Shown one piece after another: positions 1-13,527 of a DNA stretch of 64,000 bases (its first letter is position 1; every line of letters begins with the position of its first letter). The stretch is taken from assembly GCA_963575745.1 (NCBI GenBank), contig CAUYUJ010000310.1, forward strand, positions 1 to 64,000, written 5' to 3'. The notes under the pieces were generated by a model. That model worked only from the letters and a program-made list of their open reading frames with translations. It had not been told where the DNA came from and did not search any database. This stretch comes from Prorocentrum cordatum (Eukaryota). A program made the translations under genes and the position numbers.

Positions 1-186
1 CGGCAAGGTCGTGCATCGGTCGAGTGGTTTCGACTCTCCGTTCAATCGAATAAACGTGCAAATATGGAAAGCCGTCTCTTATGTCGCCGTCGCGAGGAGG
101 GGGGGGGAGAAGGGGGGGAGTTGCAGGAGAGGACCTAACGGGAAGCGAGTGTGACGTGGACTTGTCAGAACGTGTGCGAGAGGTTG

Positions 187-340
187 TCTGGCCCGTTTCG
201 TTTGAGACATCCTTCCAATACTGAGCTCCAAGATGTCGCTCGCGAGGTGGTCCGGCCCGTTTCGATTGAGCCATCCTCGCAGTGCGAGGCTCGAAACTGT
301 TGCGCGCGAGATAGTCTGGCCCGTTCTGCCTGAGACGTCT
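187..340. repeat. Three degenerate copies of a ~27-bp motif (GTCTGGCCCGTTTCG..TGAGACATCC), spacing ~63 bp
   Basis: Copies seen at ~187, ~250 and ~314. Confidence 0.55.
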
Positions 341-2344
341 CGTAGCACAAGGGCTCCAATCACAACCTCTCTCATTCCTTCTCCCGCCTCCCTTTTCCCA
401 CGTCCCGCCTGGCTCCTCTTCCCTCCTCCCTCCTCCCGCCTCCCGCTGCTGCGCCTCTGCCTCTGCCTCCCCGCCCCCGCCGTCGTCGTTTCTGCCGCCT
501 CAGCATCCGCCATGCGCGCGCTGCCTTCCGCCTTCCCCAGACATCCGACGTCGCGATTTTTCTTTTGAGACGTGCGCCGCGTACCTCTCGATATCACGCC
601 CGGGGGAACCATCGCGACATGCCCCCCCGCTTCCGCGCCCTCCTCCGCTTCCTCTTACAGTTGCTTCCGAATTCACAGCATGGCGGTGGGGCCTCTCGCA
701 GTGCCGACCCGACAGCTTACTCGTCGACCAGGTGCGAGAGAGTACGACACCCTCCAGCGTTAGCTTCCTGATAGGTATGCGTCACACAAGTTTTCGTGCA
801 AACATCTCATGTGCAAACACCGTGTAATCCTGTTCTAACATGCCATGCCAGTGCGCACTGGGCGGGCACGCAATCGACCTTGGAAACCGCAGTGGGTCTA
901 AAAACCCTGTTTTGGGATACTGCGCTCCGGCTATAATTTTGACAAGCGCTCATCTCCCCGACGAGTGGTTGTTCCCCGCGGCGTGCCCCGTCGCGCACGC
1001 TCACGCGGCGACCATGCGGTCTGCGGTCCGCCATTTGCAGCCTGCGGTCCGCCATTGCAGCCTGCGGTCCGCCACTGCGACGGTCTGCCACGGGCCCGCC
1101 ACTGCGGCTTCCCCGTGGCTCAGCCGATGATCTGCGGCACCTTCATTTTCAGGTGCTCCAGCGCCGCCTGCTTCTTCTGGGCGGGTGTGATGTTCTCGTA
1201 GTTGTAATCGTGTCCCTTCGCCTCGGCGATGTCCTTCCACTTCGTCTTCGTCAACTTCTTGACTTCCATTTCGATGGTTTTCCCTTTGTGTTCGCCCTCG
1301 CGAGTGACTCGTGCGACCCGCGTGCTCTTGAAGTCCCAGGCAATCGTAAAGCCAACGCCGCTCCCCTGGCCGCAGGCTCCTCGGGCGGACTGTCCGTCAG
1401 GTCAACGTGGATGACGCCGGGGTCTCCACTGTCCACTGGGCCCGGCGCTGACCGTGACGGCGCGACTGCGCTTTCGTCGCGGTCAGCGTCGGCGAGATGT
1501 GGAACGCTGCCGACGCTCATGTCGTCCCACATCATCCGGAGCAACCAAGGCGCGTCCTGAACATCCAGGCCAAACATTCGTCGCTTGAACTTTACCGCGC
1601 GCACAGGGCGCATCTCTGTGGGTTGGGTGCATCAGAGCACTCTTGGCGCGCGCCCTCAGGGTCAACGCCGACGGCGCTGCAATATTATCCGGCGGGCGCT
1701 GGTGCCCCCTTTCCCTCCCCCGCCCTGCCGGCGCGGTGCGTTGCCTCTTGCGGGGGGCCTCGGGGGAGGGGTCCGCGCCGCCGCCCAGACTCTTCATGGG
1801 GTCGTCATCCTCCTCTTCCTCCAAAGTGATTTCGCCGCCGCCTGCAGCTCTCCACGCCGCTGTCAGGAGCTTGTATGCGCGGCGCCCCTTCAACTGACCC
1901 TTCCTGACAACCTGGCGCGGAGGGCGCGCCCTCAGAATCCAGTCCTTCACCGAGGTCACGTGCGCAAGCGTCGCTGTCTCAGACTGCCTTGGAACGCTGG
2001 GATTCCCCGCCTGGATTGTCCGCGAGTCCTTCTTTGAGACGGCAGCCGGCCTCTTGCAATGGCCGCCGCTGACGCGCGGCGTCGTCTCTGCTGTGGGCGC
2101 CTCGCCCGAAGGCATTCCGCCGCTGCGGTCAGACGCATCCGCTGCAGCGCCGCGCAGCCGCTGCTGCGGGGGTCGCGGCCGCCGCTGCGGTTCCGCCGGC
2201 AGAGAGCGGAAGGCCGCGCGCGCAGGGGGGGGCCCGAGCCGCCTCGGGGGCCAAACGGCGACAGGACGGCCGACGAGGCTCCAGGGAGTGATCTGAGCTG
2301 AAATTCTCTGTGCGTTCAAACGGGTTAAAAACACCCTTTTGAAC

Positions 2345-2702
2345 GCAGGGCGAGGGCGAGGGCGAGGGCGAGGTGTGTGGGGGTTTGGTGGGTGGGTTGG
2401 TGTGGTGGGTGGTGGTTGGGGGGGGGCGAGGCGAGGGCGAAGGCGGGGTGGTGGTTTGGTGTGGTGTGTGCGTTGTATGTTTTGTGTGTGGTGTGTTTGT
2501 GGTGTGTGGTGTGTGTGTGGGTGTTGTGTGTGGTGTGTGTGTGTGTGTTTGTGGGTGGGTGGGGTGGGGTGGGGTGGTTGTGTGGTGTGGTGGTGGTGTG
2601 GTGTGGTGGTGGTGTGGTGGTGGTGGTGGTGGGGGGGGGGGCGGAGGGGGGCGGGGCGAGGGCGGGGGGGGTGCCGGGGGGGGGGGGGGGTGGCAGGGGG
2701 GG
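2345..2702. repeat. G/T-rich low-complexity tract ((GT)n, (GGT)n, poly-G)
   Basis: Direct inspection; the overlapping ORFs are low-complexity artefacts. Confidence 0.9.
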
Positions 2703-2756
2703 CAGATGTTCTTCCCAGCGCGGGCCTCGCATCCGCTACTGCGGCCGTCGCAGTTG

Positions 2757-5330
2757 CTAATGGATGCGGTCGCCGCGACGCGCTCGGCCGCCGCCGCTGC
2801 GTTCCAAGACCACTAGGTACTTGAATACATCGAGTGAACCTCTGAAACACCCGGCGTTCGGCACTCCGCGGTTGCGGTTTTGCGTGCGTCGGGAGTGCCC
2901 GTGCGATCCGTCTCGGCTCCTGTGCGATTGCAAAATTAATTTTCCCTGGCTGTCGAATGGCTGCTTCGCCGTCTTGAACTTCTTCGCCTGCCTCGCCTCG
3001 TCCGTCCGCCACGTTTCTGCCTCTGACTTCGTTTCCTTTTCCGCTGTGGCAGAGACCTCCGACGACAATTCCTTGCCCTTCTCCACGGGCGCCGTGTTCG
3101 CCAGCGCTGGCATTGTAATGGCCAGCGCTAAATTGGCCTTAGCAGGCATTGCGACTGCCGTCTCTTTCTCTGGGAGCTCCACGTTGAACAGCGCAAGTGC
3201 GCTACCTTCTTTCGAGGCGCGCTTCTGCCGCTCCGCCGCAGTGAGCCTGGTCACTGCCCAAAAGTACTGCATGCTCTCTTTGGTATCCCACTCCCACGTG
3301 GTCCCATGGGGTTCAACGTCCGCAGGCGTGGTGTTCGTCGGCAGCTTGACGTCTGGGTGGATATTCACAATTCGGTGTTCCAACGCCGACGAGGAGTCTG
3401 CCTTCTTCACATGCACATTCGCTCGCACTTTCTCGGGGTGCGTGCTTTTCTGGGCAACCTTCATGGATTTCCGGACGCGCGGCCAGAACTCGAGGGCCTC
3501 CGCCTCGCGTCTACGGGCGGCTACAATGCAGCGTTTGCCCGACGAAGCCCGCGCCTGCATGTCGACGCCCTCCGCCGCTACTGCGGCCAAGTGGTGCGCC
3601 CGCAGAGCCGCGACCACAGCGTCGCTGAAAGCGTGCGACATCCCCAACTCCTCCTTTGACGACGACTGAAACCACTCGGCCACAGACAGCGCTGTCCACT
3701 TGTTGTCCTTCGTTTCTGCTTCCCTGCTAATCTGGGATGTCGTTGGCAGCTGCGTCTCTGCGTCAAACGTCAGCACCTTGGGTTTCAGTGCTTCGCTTCT
3801 CGGCGCCGCTGCGTTATCTGCTGCAGCGGTCTGTTTGGCAGCAGGCAGTTTCGTGAAAACGAGCTACGTCGGTTTCTTAGGGTCGTCCAGACGCGCCGCT
3901 GCGCTTTCCAGTTTGCCGCGATCACCCTTGCTGTCCAAGCCGTCCAGAACTGTCTTGCAAGCGCGCGCAATCTCGATGCGAGCATCCACCAGACTAACCT
4001 TGTAGCGGGGGGTATCCTTGGCATATTCGCAAAGTGCGCTTGTGACCTCCGGGCGCACATTCGACCTGAACGCGAGCGGGTGTTCCATGGCGTTGACTGT
4101 GTTGGCCGCGTGATGCAAATGCATCACCATGACGGTATTGGCGCTGCAGACGATGTATCCACTCATGTCTTGACCAGAAAAGCTATGGACCTGGGCGCCA
4201 CGCCGCGGTATCATGCCTTTTTTTCAGAGGCGGTGCGTTCCTGTGGCAGCGCATGACCGCGGCCACCTTGACCCGCGGCGCGTCGACGGGCAACTTGTGG
4301 GCGAGCCCGTGGGCGCCGAGGCGCAGAGCTCGCCTTTTCCGAGTTCACGTATGCTGGGCAAAACTCAAGCAAGAGACCGATGAACGCTGCCTTGGTGCTT
4401 CCGGGACCGACCGCGAAATCGAAGAGCTCCACGAAGTCTGGATCGTTGACGGCCCGATCGAGTTGTTGCCTCAATTTTTCATGTATATATATATATATAT
4501 ATTTTATAGAACGCTGAAGAAAGGCACGTGGTCAGCGACTGCGTTATCCAGGGCCTTGTTCACTGCGGTGCACAGAGCGCGCAGCGCAGTGACGTCAGTC
4601 GTGCGCATGGCAAAATCGCCCCCCTTGTTCAAGGATTGGCGAATCAGCGATCCGCCGAGGGGTTCCTTAACCATTATCTCCCAAGAACGCACCTCCATGA
4701 ACATTCCCGGGTCCACGAGCTTTTTGGCGACTGGGTCGTTCTCCGCGACTGCGGCCATGTCGACGTAGCCGTTCTTACCCTTCAGCTTCTCCAGCCTGGC
4801 CCATTCTTGTTCGTTGAGATCCATGCCATCGGGGGTCGGCCACTTCGCGCCCGCCGCCACCGCCCGCAGCGCGAGACGCAAGTGGGAGTGTGACAGCGTC
4901 CCAAACTGCACCTGATGAAGAGCCCCCTCCGCTACTGCGTAAGAAACAAGCATTGAGGTGCACCCTCGCATTCTTCATGTTGAAATCAGTGTGCGTCTCG
5001 AACTCGGCGTTCTCCTTCGATTCGTCCACGAGATTTTTTTGTTTGGTGCTCTTTAATGCGCGCGCCCTCGTGGTCGGCTTCCGTCTGCGTGTGCCCAGCC
5101 GCGATGATCTGCATGACAGGCTCGCGCGCCCTCTCGTCCCGAGGGAAAGCGCCACCTCGATTTAGCGGGTGTGGGGCGAGCAGCTGCAGTGCGGTGCGGG
5201 CTTTGTCCTGGCCATCTCTCCGAAACCGCAGCCTGCGCGCGGCTGCCACCTGGGAGATTCCCAGCTGCTGGGCTGCCTCGCCATCCGTTGCGACTGCGCT
5301 GGCGCCAATTGTGCGGGCCCGCGGGCTGCG
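2757..5330 (-). pseudogene. Fragmented gene of unknown family (successive minus-strand ORF pieces)
   Basis: Protein-like pieces within 4986-5714 (HPLNRGG..AGHTQTEA), 4504-4971 (GTLSHSHL), 4211-4474, 3864-4214 and 2757-3776 (FWAV..MPALANTAPVEKGKEL) follow one another with frameshifts. The N-terminus is loosely ParB-like and the C-terminus loosely SET-like (inference only). Confidence 0.4.
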
Positions 5331-5914
5331 GGGCCAGGCTCCCAGAAAAAGCGCCGCGACTGCGGCCTGTCGCCGGGGCCGCCTTCGCGAGGAGGTGCGC
5401 AACTCGCGCCGCGCAGGCAGGAAGTAAGCAGCAGCTGTGATTGAGATGCAGCTGCAGCCCGGATGACAAGTGGTGATGCTGACGACGTTGATGCGGCTGG
5501 TGATGGTCGATGTCGGCGGTGGGATCGAAGCCAATGGGGAGTGTGGGGGCGAGGGGCATAGGGCGAGGATGATAGTGATGGCAATGAAGACGAGGGGGGG
5601 GTGGGTGCGCGGGGGGGGATGGGAGCAGGAAAACTGAGGAGACGAAGGGGGGGGAGATCTGGGTGAACGCATCAGGGGGGGCAGGAGGGGGGGGCGGAGG
5701 AGGAGGAGGAACATGAGGACGAAGGTGCTGGCGATCCTGGATGAGGATGCGGAGGGGGAGCAGGGGGGGGGGCGACGACGACGACGACGAGGGGGGGGGC
5801 AAGGAATAGCAGGAAGACGATTTTTTTCAATTGCGAATGCATGTGCTGTAGCTCATGCGCTCAGGCGGAGCTGTGTGCGCCCCCGCGCGAGGCGCCCGCG
5901 CCGTGACTGCAGGC

Positions 5915-6010
5915 TCTGACGCCGCTGCGCTTTAGGCTCACTGCGCCACTGCGCTGTAGCCTCACTGCGCCACTGCGCTTCGGGCTCACTGCGCCGCTGC
6001 GCTTGAGGCT
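5915..6010. repeat. ~24-bp minisatellite (GGCTCACTGCGCCACTGCGCT...) x4
   Basis: Tandem copies visible. Confidence 0.7.
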
Positions 6011-7070
6011 CGCAGGTCGCGGAGATCGACGTCCTTCTTCCAGGCGTCCCTCTTCCAGTCGTCCTTCTTCCTGTCGTCCTTCTTCCTGTGGGGCTTGGTG
6101 CGCTGCCTTTCCGCGGCGTTCTGGCCCTGGCGCCCGTGGCCGATGAAGATGTAGTTCTGGTGGGTGCCTTCCTTGTGGTGCTGCGAGTGGGTCTCCCAGC
6201 TCAACTGATGCTGTATCCCGCGATTGCGGTTTGCATCTTCCTGCCACTGTGGCATGTTGGGGACCGTGTCCCATGCCGATGAGATGGCGGAGGTGTTGGT
6301 CCTCGTCAGCCAGCGTGGCAGAGGCGGGGCAACGCGCTCTTGGTAGGTTGCCACTCGGACTTCGCACTCTCCAAGCGGCACGACCCAGTTCTGGTGTGTC
6401 ACGAGCTGGTGCTCGGCCACTCGCTGGAAGTGTATTCCCGCTTGGTGGAAGACCGCTATCGGCTGCGTGTTTGGAGCTCCGCAGTCGCGGAAGAACTCCG
6501 CCGCGACTGCGTTTGGGATGTCGAAGAGGCCGAGCACGAAGCGGACGTCCTTGTCGTGGATGGCCGTCAGGGCGCGGCGCTGCCAGTGCGCAGCGCCCCG
6601 CTGCCGCGGTTGGTCCGTGCATCTCGCGGTCGGCCTGCCACCTCGAAAAGACAGCGAAGTTCAGCGCGACCTCTGGGTTCCTTGTGGGGCCGCGCAAGTT
6701 GGTCCGGATGGTCCACCAGATGTGCGGCCCCGACGCTTCCTGTGCCGTGACTACGGCATCCTTGACCTGGCTGCAGCGCGGCAGCAGCATCCCAGCCTTC
6801 TCGTCATGGGGTGCCACCAGGCCCTCTTTGAGCCAATGCCTCTCCTCAGTGCTGTTGCGCGCCGTGGCGCTCTCCTCGAGGGCATGGACCAACGCCTTTG
6901 AGGCCCGACCATCGCTGCCGCGCGTGGCTGCGAGCAGGTCGGGGTCGTAGAGGATGAAGATGAGCTCAGCTTTGGCTTTCATGGCCCAATCCGCGACTGC
7001 GGCCGCGGCCGCCTCGCTCGCGAGGGCCGCCGAGTTGAAAGCCAGCGCGAGAGTGGGCGGGATGAACTCG
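5986..7070 (-). pseudogene. Frameshifted hypothetical coding fragment
   Basis: Non-low-complexity translation in parts of ORFs 5861-7348 and 5986-6537; no recognised domain. Confidence 0.3.
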
Positions 7071-8149
7071 CCCTGGTCTGCCCATGGGCGGGAAGCGTTC
7101 CACTGGGGCTGTGGCCCGCGGTGCGGCGCCCGCACTGGGGGCCGTGCTTCGCGAGAGTCACGCGGGCGTGCCTTCGGGGCAGCTCCTGCGAATCGCGGGT
7201 GGGGGCTCCGCGATCCGCGGTCGCGCCGACCCCCCTCCGGCGGGAGGAGATGCGCCAGTGGCGCGGGCGCGGGCGGCCGCGGGCAACGCAGGCGGCCGCG
7301 GTGCTCTTGCGCCGCGCTGCGGTTCTGTCCCTCGTCCTCGCCGTCCACCTCAACCTCGGCCTCGCTCGCCTCCCCCTCCTCGCCCCCCCTCCTCGGCCTC
7401 GTCGTCGAGAGTCGCGGGCGAGGGGTGGTCTACGCGACTGCGCTTGGCCCTCGCCCTCGACCTTCCTTTCGGGAGATTCTTCTTGATCGCCATCTTGGCA
7501 GCGTGCCGCAGCCGCGCTTTCTTGCGCTTGGCTGGCGGCCCCCTTGCCCTCGGCGGCGCCCTGCGCGTTCGCTCTTTCTTTGGCGGCGGAACTTCCGAAG
7601 GCGAAGGCTCTGCCGCGGCGCGCTCTTCCTGCTGCTGCTCCTCCGCGGCTGCGGTTGCATCCTCCTCCTCCCCCTCCTCCGCGTCCTCTTCCTCTTGCTC
7701 GGTGCTCGACAACTCGCCGTCAGACGACTTCTCTTCGTCCCAGTCGGCCTCTCTCTATCCTCCGCCGCCAATGCGAGGGTGGCTTCTGCCGCCTCCGCGG
7801 CTGCGGCTGCCTCGCGACGTGCCTGGTCGAAGGCCTCCAACTGAGCCCGCTTCTCTTCCAGTCTCTGCTTCAGCTCCTGGAGCTCCTGGTTCGTCTGGCG
7901 TTTCTTCGCCTTCGCCGCCGCCGCTGCGGCAGTGTCCGCTGCCGCGGCTCGTCTGCTTCCAGCTGCGCGTTTCGCCGTGGCGCAGCGCGAAGTGCCCCCC
8001 CCGCCCCGCTGGCGCCGAGCGCCCAACCGACGCCGCGTGAAGGGCACGGCTGCGGAGGGGGAGAACATGGGCCAGGGCGAGGGGGCGGGGTGGAAGAGGC
8101 GGCAGAGTTAATTGCGTCGAAGCCTCTGCTGGACGAGGAGGATAAGGGG

Positions 8150-8273
8150 AAAGGGGGGGCGGGGGGGGGGGGCGACGAGGGGGGGGCGATGAGGGGGGTG
8201 GGGGGGGGGGCGAGGGGGAAGGGGTGATGTGGGGTGGGCGTTAGTGTGTGTGTGGTGGTGTGTGTGTTTTGTG

Positions 8274-8332
<59 letters not shown>

Positions 8333-8425
8333 GTTGTTGTGTGTGTGTGTGCTCGTGTGCGCGCGCGCTCGGGGGGGGGGGGGGGGGCGGGGGGGGGCGG
8401 CGACGGCGAGGGGGGCAGGGGGGGA
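8150..8425. repeat. Poly-G / (GT)n microsatellite
   Basis: Direct inspection. Confidence 0.9.
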
Positions 8426-8559
8426 AAGGAGGCGGGCTCTTTTCTCTCGGCGCCCGCACCTGCTGCCGGAGCACGACGCCCGCCGCTGCGTTCCATAAGT
8501 GCCCCCCCGTCGCTGCGGCGGAGATCTCTGCGCCGCTGCGGTTCCGACCTCGACGGGGG

Positions 8560-9230
8560 CCGCGGTTTCAGGGTGCCATCCGCCAACAAATGCTTGACTC
8601 CACCTCGGCCCACAGGTGGGTCCTTGTGTGCCGTCGAACCTCCGTGTTGTTCCTGCGTGTCCACGGTCCTGTAGTGCTTGTGCGTCCCCGGGCCGTCGCC
8701 CTTGCCGAGGCCCTGCCGCGGCGGCCGCGCGTCCCTCCAGTGGGGCTCCACATCGTGCATGTTGAATTTCGTCTTCGACCATTCGGGGTGGGTGCGACTG
8801 CCCGAGCCGTCGGTGCGGCGCAGCAAGAAATCCCGCCTGTGCAGCTCTGTATTTGGGGGTCCCTCGCGACTGCGTTTCGCCTGCTTGTTGTGGTCGCGCG
8901 AGTTTGGGCGCGGGCGGATCTCGCAACTGACCGAGACAATGCTCCAATCTTTTCCATCGCCGCGCGCTGCGTGCCCCATCGTAGTTGCGCCCCGCTGCGC
9001 GACCATCTCCAACCGAAACCAGGGCGCGGTACTGTCGTCGCTGAACTCCCAGCTTGCGTTGTCCTGCCACTTCCGAGCTCTCCTGTTTTTCACGTTGGTC
9101 GGGGTAGTCTCGGCAGCGTCTGCATCGAAAACGCGCGTCTCTCAACGCCGCGTTGTGCTGCTTGTAGTTGCCGTTCCAGCCGTGCGCGTTGCATCTGGCC
9201 GACTTGTAGTTGAAGTCGTGGAGGTCGTAG
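8560..9230 (-). pseudogene. Hypothetical coding fragment (NYKQHNAALR ... RDFLLRRTDGSGSRTHPEWSKTK)
   Basis: Protein-like segment split over ORFs 8108-10090 and 7870-9093; function unknown. Confidence 0.3.
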
Positions 9231-10182
9231 GTTTGCGGCGCTGCCCCGGCAGCTGCGGCGGTGTGCGGCGCTGCCTCCGCGATTGCGGCATCCGCGCCTG
9301 GCGCGCCTGCGCCGTTCCCTTCGCGGCGCAACGCTGTGCCGTCCGCGAAGCCAGCCAGAGGGGACTGCGTCGCCCCCGCGAGAGCGCCTTGGGCGCTCTC
9401 GCGAAGCAACCGCCAGGGATTCTGCTGCGTTGGGGCAAGCGGGGCGCCTGTTGGCCGCGAGCCCCCCTCCTGCGCCGTGGGGCTGGTAGCTCCGCTCGAG
9501 CGGTCGCCCCCCCATCCGCTGCTGCGGCCGCCATCCCGCCCGCTCCGGCCGTTCCAGCTGCCATCGTTCCGCTCGCTCCAGCGGCCGTCTTCCCATGCCT
9601 CCGTGCGGCAGCCGCCCCGTGCGCCCCGGCGGTCCTGCGTGCCTTCGCCGCTGCGTTGATCTCCGCCGCCGCGGCCCTCGTGGCCCCAACCGCCGCCCCG
9701 TCCGTATCCCCGACCGCCGCCCCGTCCGCTATTGCGGCTGCCGCCCCATCCGCTACTGCCGCCAATCGCGACTGCGGGCAAGCCCATGTCCGCTACTGCG
9801 GTCGGGCCCGATGGCGGTGCTCCTGCTGGTCGCTGCCTCGCCAATTCATGCCGCCCTTCTCTCTCAAAGACGCCCGCTGCTTGCTGCCTCGCAATCTCTT
9901 CTTCGATTGCCTGCCTGCAGCGCGAAGGGGTCCCAATATCCGTGGATTCGGGTCCGCGCGGCCTCGCGAGCGCGCCGGCGCGCTTCGGCGCGAATTGCTT
10001 CCACGTAGTCAGGGCCAACGGCCATCTAGCAAAAGCGCTGAAGCGCTGCTTTGAGCCGGCGACGGCGACATGGGCGGAGCAGGTCATCATGATTCCTCGT
10101 CGCCCTCGTTATGGCGCCTCTCCTCCTCCTCCTCCTCCTCCTGCTCCTGCTCCTCCTCCTCCCCCTCCTCATCCTCTTTTAT

Positions 10183-10666
10183 GCTCCACAGGAAAGTTCA
10201 ATTCAGTTTTGGGAATTGCAAGGTGACCTTCTTATTGTGGACAGTGCAGAACCCCCAAATTACGCGCGCGCCCCCCCCTTGGGTGGCGCGCCCCCCGTCG
10301 GCCTCCTTCAAGCTCCACAGAAAAGTTTAAGTCCGTTTTGGGAATTGCAAGGCGATCTTCTTATTTTGGACAATGAAGAACTCCCTGCGCGCGCGCGCCG
10401 TGGGTGGCGCGCTCCCCGTCGGCCTCCTTAAAGCTTCGCAGGACAAATTAATTTAGTTTTTGGGAAATACTAGGCGATCTTCTTATTGCGGACAATGCGC
10501 GCGCCCCCCTTGGGTGACGCGCTCCCCGTCGGCCTCCTTGAAGCTCCACAGCAAAGTTCAAGTCAATTTTTTCGGAATTGCAAGGCGATCTTCTTATTGT
10601 GGACAATGCAGAACTCCCGCGCGCGTTATTAGGGAGTTCTGTATTGTCCACAGTAAGAAAATCGCA
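10183..10666. repeat. ~120-bp tandem repeat (about 4 units) ending in an inverted copy of part of the unit
   Basis: GGGAATTGCAAGGCGATCTTCTTATTGTGGACAATG recurs at ~10211, 10340, 10462 and 10574; 10585-10618 is imperfectly inverted at 10632-10666. Confidence 0.8.
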
Positions 10667-11392
10667 CCCTCCTCATCCTCCTCATCATCCTTTTCCTCGT
10701 CCTCCTCTTCATTAAGTGGTGGCGGTGATGGTGGTGGTGGTCATGATGGTGGTTGCGACGGTGGTGGCGGCCATGATGATGGTGGTGGCGGCGATGATGG
10801 CATTGATGGTGGTGTGATGGCAGTGATGATGGTGGTTGTGACGGTGGTCGCCGCTCCTTGTTCCACTGCGGCGCACCTGCTGCAACAACTCAACGAGCGC
10901 CACTGCGGTTGAGATCCCCGCCGCTGCGGTGGATATTTCTGCGCCACTGCGGTTGAAATGCCAACCGATACTGCGTAAAAACCTATGTGCCAAGGCTCAA
11001 AAACCTATGTGAAAAAGCCTTTGTGCGTTCAAAACATTTTTTCTCCCCCTTTTAACCCTAAATTCCTAAATTCCTTTGTTCGGGCTTTTGGATTATGGGC
11101 CAGGCGGGGGGGGATTCAGCCACCCAACGTCACAACCGCCTGGTCGCGGCCCACGGCGGATTCGGCGCTGGCCCAGGGAACGCCGCTACCGGGTCGTGGT
11201 GGTGCTCTTCGTGCTCCCAGGTAGCGGAATCTAGAGGCCCCGGCTGGCGGGCCCTTCTGGCCCCCCGGGAGTAGCTGCTGTCGTCGACAGCTGGCTACCC
11301 CCCGGGGTGCCGCTCGCTTCGCGGGGCGGCGGAGGTGTCCGCCGGCTCCCGACCACAGAGCGTCGGGGCGCGCGGGACAGACTCGCGGCCGT

Positions 11393-11778
11393 GAGGAAGA
11401 GGGGGAAGAGAAGGGGGAGGAGGAGGAGGAGGAGGAGGAGGAGGAGGAGGAGGAGGAGGAGGAGGAGGAGGAGGAGGAGGCGAGAGGAGAGGAGGAGGAG
11501 GAGGAAGAGAAGGAGGAGCGAGGAGGAAGATGAAGAAGGAGGAGGAAGAGGAGAGGAGGAAGAGGAGGAGGAGGAGGAGGAGGTATAAGATGATGATGAT
11601 GATGATGATGATGATGAAATGATGAATGAATGATTGATGATGTGATGATGCTGTTGACGATATGAGGATGATGATGTGATGAATGTGAGGAACAGGAGGA
11701 GGAGGAGCAGGAGGAAGTTGAGGAGGAGGAGGCAGTGAGGAGAGGAGGAGGAGGAGGAGGAGGAGTAGGAGTAGGAGT
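11393..11778. repeat. (GGA)n/(GAT)n microsatellite tract
   Basis: Direct inspection. Confidence 0.95.
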
Positions 11779-13447
11779 CAAGCTAGCCAGCTCGAGCGAG
11801 TCAAGCATGGCATGCCCAGTCCCACCCGCCCTCCCACAACATAAGAAGCAAAGCTGGCACAACTGGGGGCCGAAGTCACACCGGCCAGCCGGTTTGGTAC
11901 AGCTGATGCGGCCGCGATGGCGGTTGCCGACGGGAACTGGCGAGCGCGTGATGAATGCCGCGCACGCATTGCCAGACGAGTCGAGAATGGCCCGGTACAC
12001 CGCAGGAAGCCAGAGGTGGCCGGAGGAAGCCCGACGGTCTGACAGGACACCCCAAAGCATTTTTGTGAAAAAGCATTGGGTTTTTGATGTTTTTATGTTG
12101 AAATGCTTGCAAACACACGGTGTTCGGTAGGATTCTGACATGAACGCGCGAGTGTGCTCTTTGTTGTATTTTTTGCACAGGATTCGCGGCCTGGGTGCAT
12201 GACAGAGCATCGCGAGTGCACCGCGCGATGACGCGAAATCGCTGGATTTGACAGAACTCTTAAGATTCCTATGGTTTTCCTATGATTTCAGCAAGAGAGC
12301 CCGGGCGGGAAATTTGTACAATTTTTGTGAAAAAGCATTGGGTTTTTGATGTTTTTATGTTGAAATGCTTGCAAACACATTGTGTTCGGTAGGATTCTGA
12401 CATGAACGCGCGCGTGTGCTCTTTGTGGTATTTTTTGCAATGGATTATCGCCGTGGACGACAGGACGTCCATGTCGAGAGGAAAAAATAAGAAAAATGTT
12501 GATTTTGTATTGTTTTTTACAGGTTAGGATGGGACCCCCGGATGCGGCCCCTAATGGCCGGCCTGAGGGGGGAGTAGGAGTATATTCTAATAAGGAATAA
12601 GGATAGTAGAGTAGGAGTCAAGCTAGCCAGCTCGAGCGAGTCAAGCATGGCATGCCCAGTCCCACCCGCCCTCCCACAACATAAGAAGCAAAGCTGGCAC
12701 AACTGGGGGCCGAAGTCACACCGGCCAGCCGGTTTGGTACAGCTGATGCGGCCGCGATGGCGGTTGCCGACGGGAACTGGCGAGCGCGTGTTGAATGCCG
12801 CGCACGCATTGCCAGACGAGTCGAGAATGGCCCGGTACACCGCAGGAAGCCAGAGGTGGCCGGAGGAAGCCCGACGGTCTGACAGGACACCCCAAAGCAT
12901 TTTTGTGAAAAAGCATTGGGTTTTTGATGTTTTTATGTTGAAATGCTTGCAAACACACGGTGTTCGGTAGGATTCTGACATGAACGCGCGAGTGTGCTCT
13001 TTGTGGTATTTTTTGCACAGGATTCGCGGCCTGGGTGCATGACAGAGCATCGCGAGTGCACCGCGCGATGACGTGAAATCGCTGGATTTGACAGAATTCT
13101 TAAGATTCCTATGGTTTTCCTATGATTTCAGCAAGAGAGCCCGGGCGGGAAATTTGTACAATTTTTGTGAAAAAGCATTGGGTTTTTGATGTTTTTATGT
13201 TGAAATGCTTGCAAACACACGGTGTTCGGTAGGATTCTGACATGAACGCGCGCGTGTGCTCTTTGTGGTATTTGTTGCAATGGATTATCGCCGTGGACGA
13301 CAGGACGTCCATGTCGAGAGGAAAAAATAAGAAAAATATTGATTTTGTATTGTTTTTTACATGTTAGGATGGGACCACCCGGATGCGCCCGCTATCTGCC
13401 GGCCTGAGGGGGGAGTAGGAGTATATTCTAATAAGGAATAAGGATAG
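11769..13447. repeat. Two near-identical tandem 840-bp units, each containing an internal ~118-bp direct repeat; possible non-autonomous retroposon
   Basis: Sequence at 11769 matches 12609 at offset 840; internal repeat TTTTTGTGAAAAAGCATTGGG.. at ~12060, 12322, 12900 and 13162; the array is bounded by (GGA)n. Confidence 0.9.
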
Positions 13448-13527
13448 GAGGAGGAGGAGGAGGAGGAGGAACAGGAGGAGGAGGAGGAGGAGGAGGAGGA
13501 GGAGGAGGAGGAGGAGGAGGAGGAGGA
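13446..13527. repeat. (GGA)n microsatellite
   Basis: Direct inspection. Confidence 0.95.

Noticed and set aside
1483..3012. 509-aa His/Thr/Pro-rich ORF
   Set aside because: It runs through a GT microsatellite and has no domain
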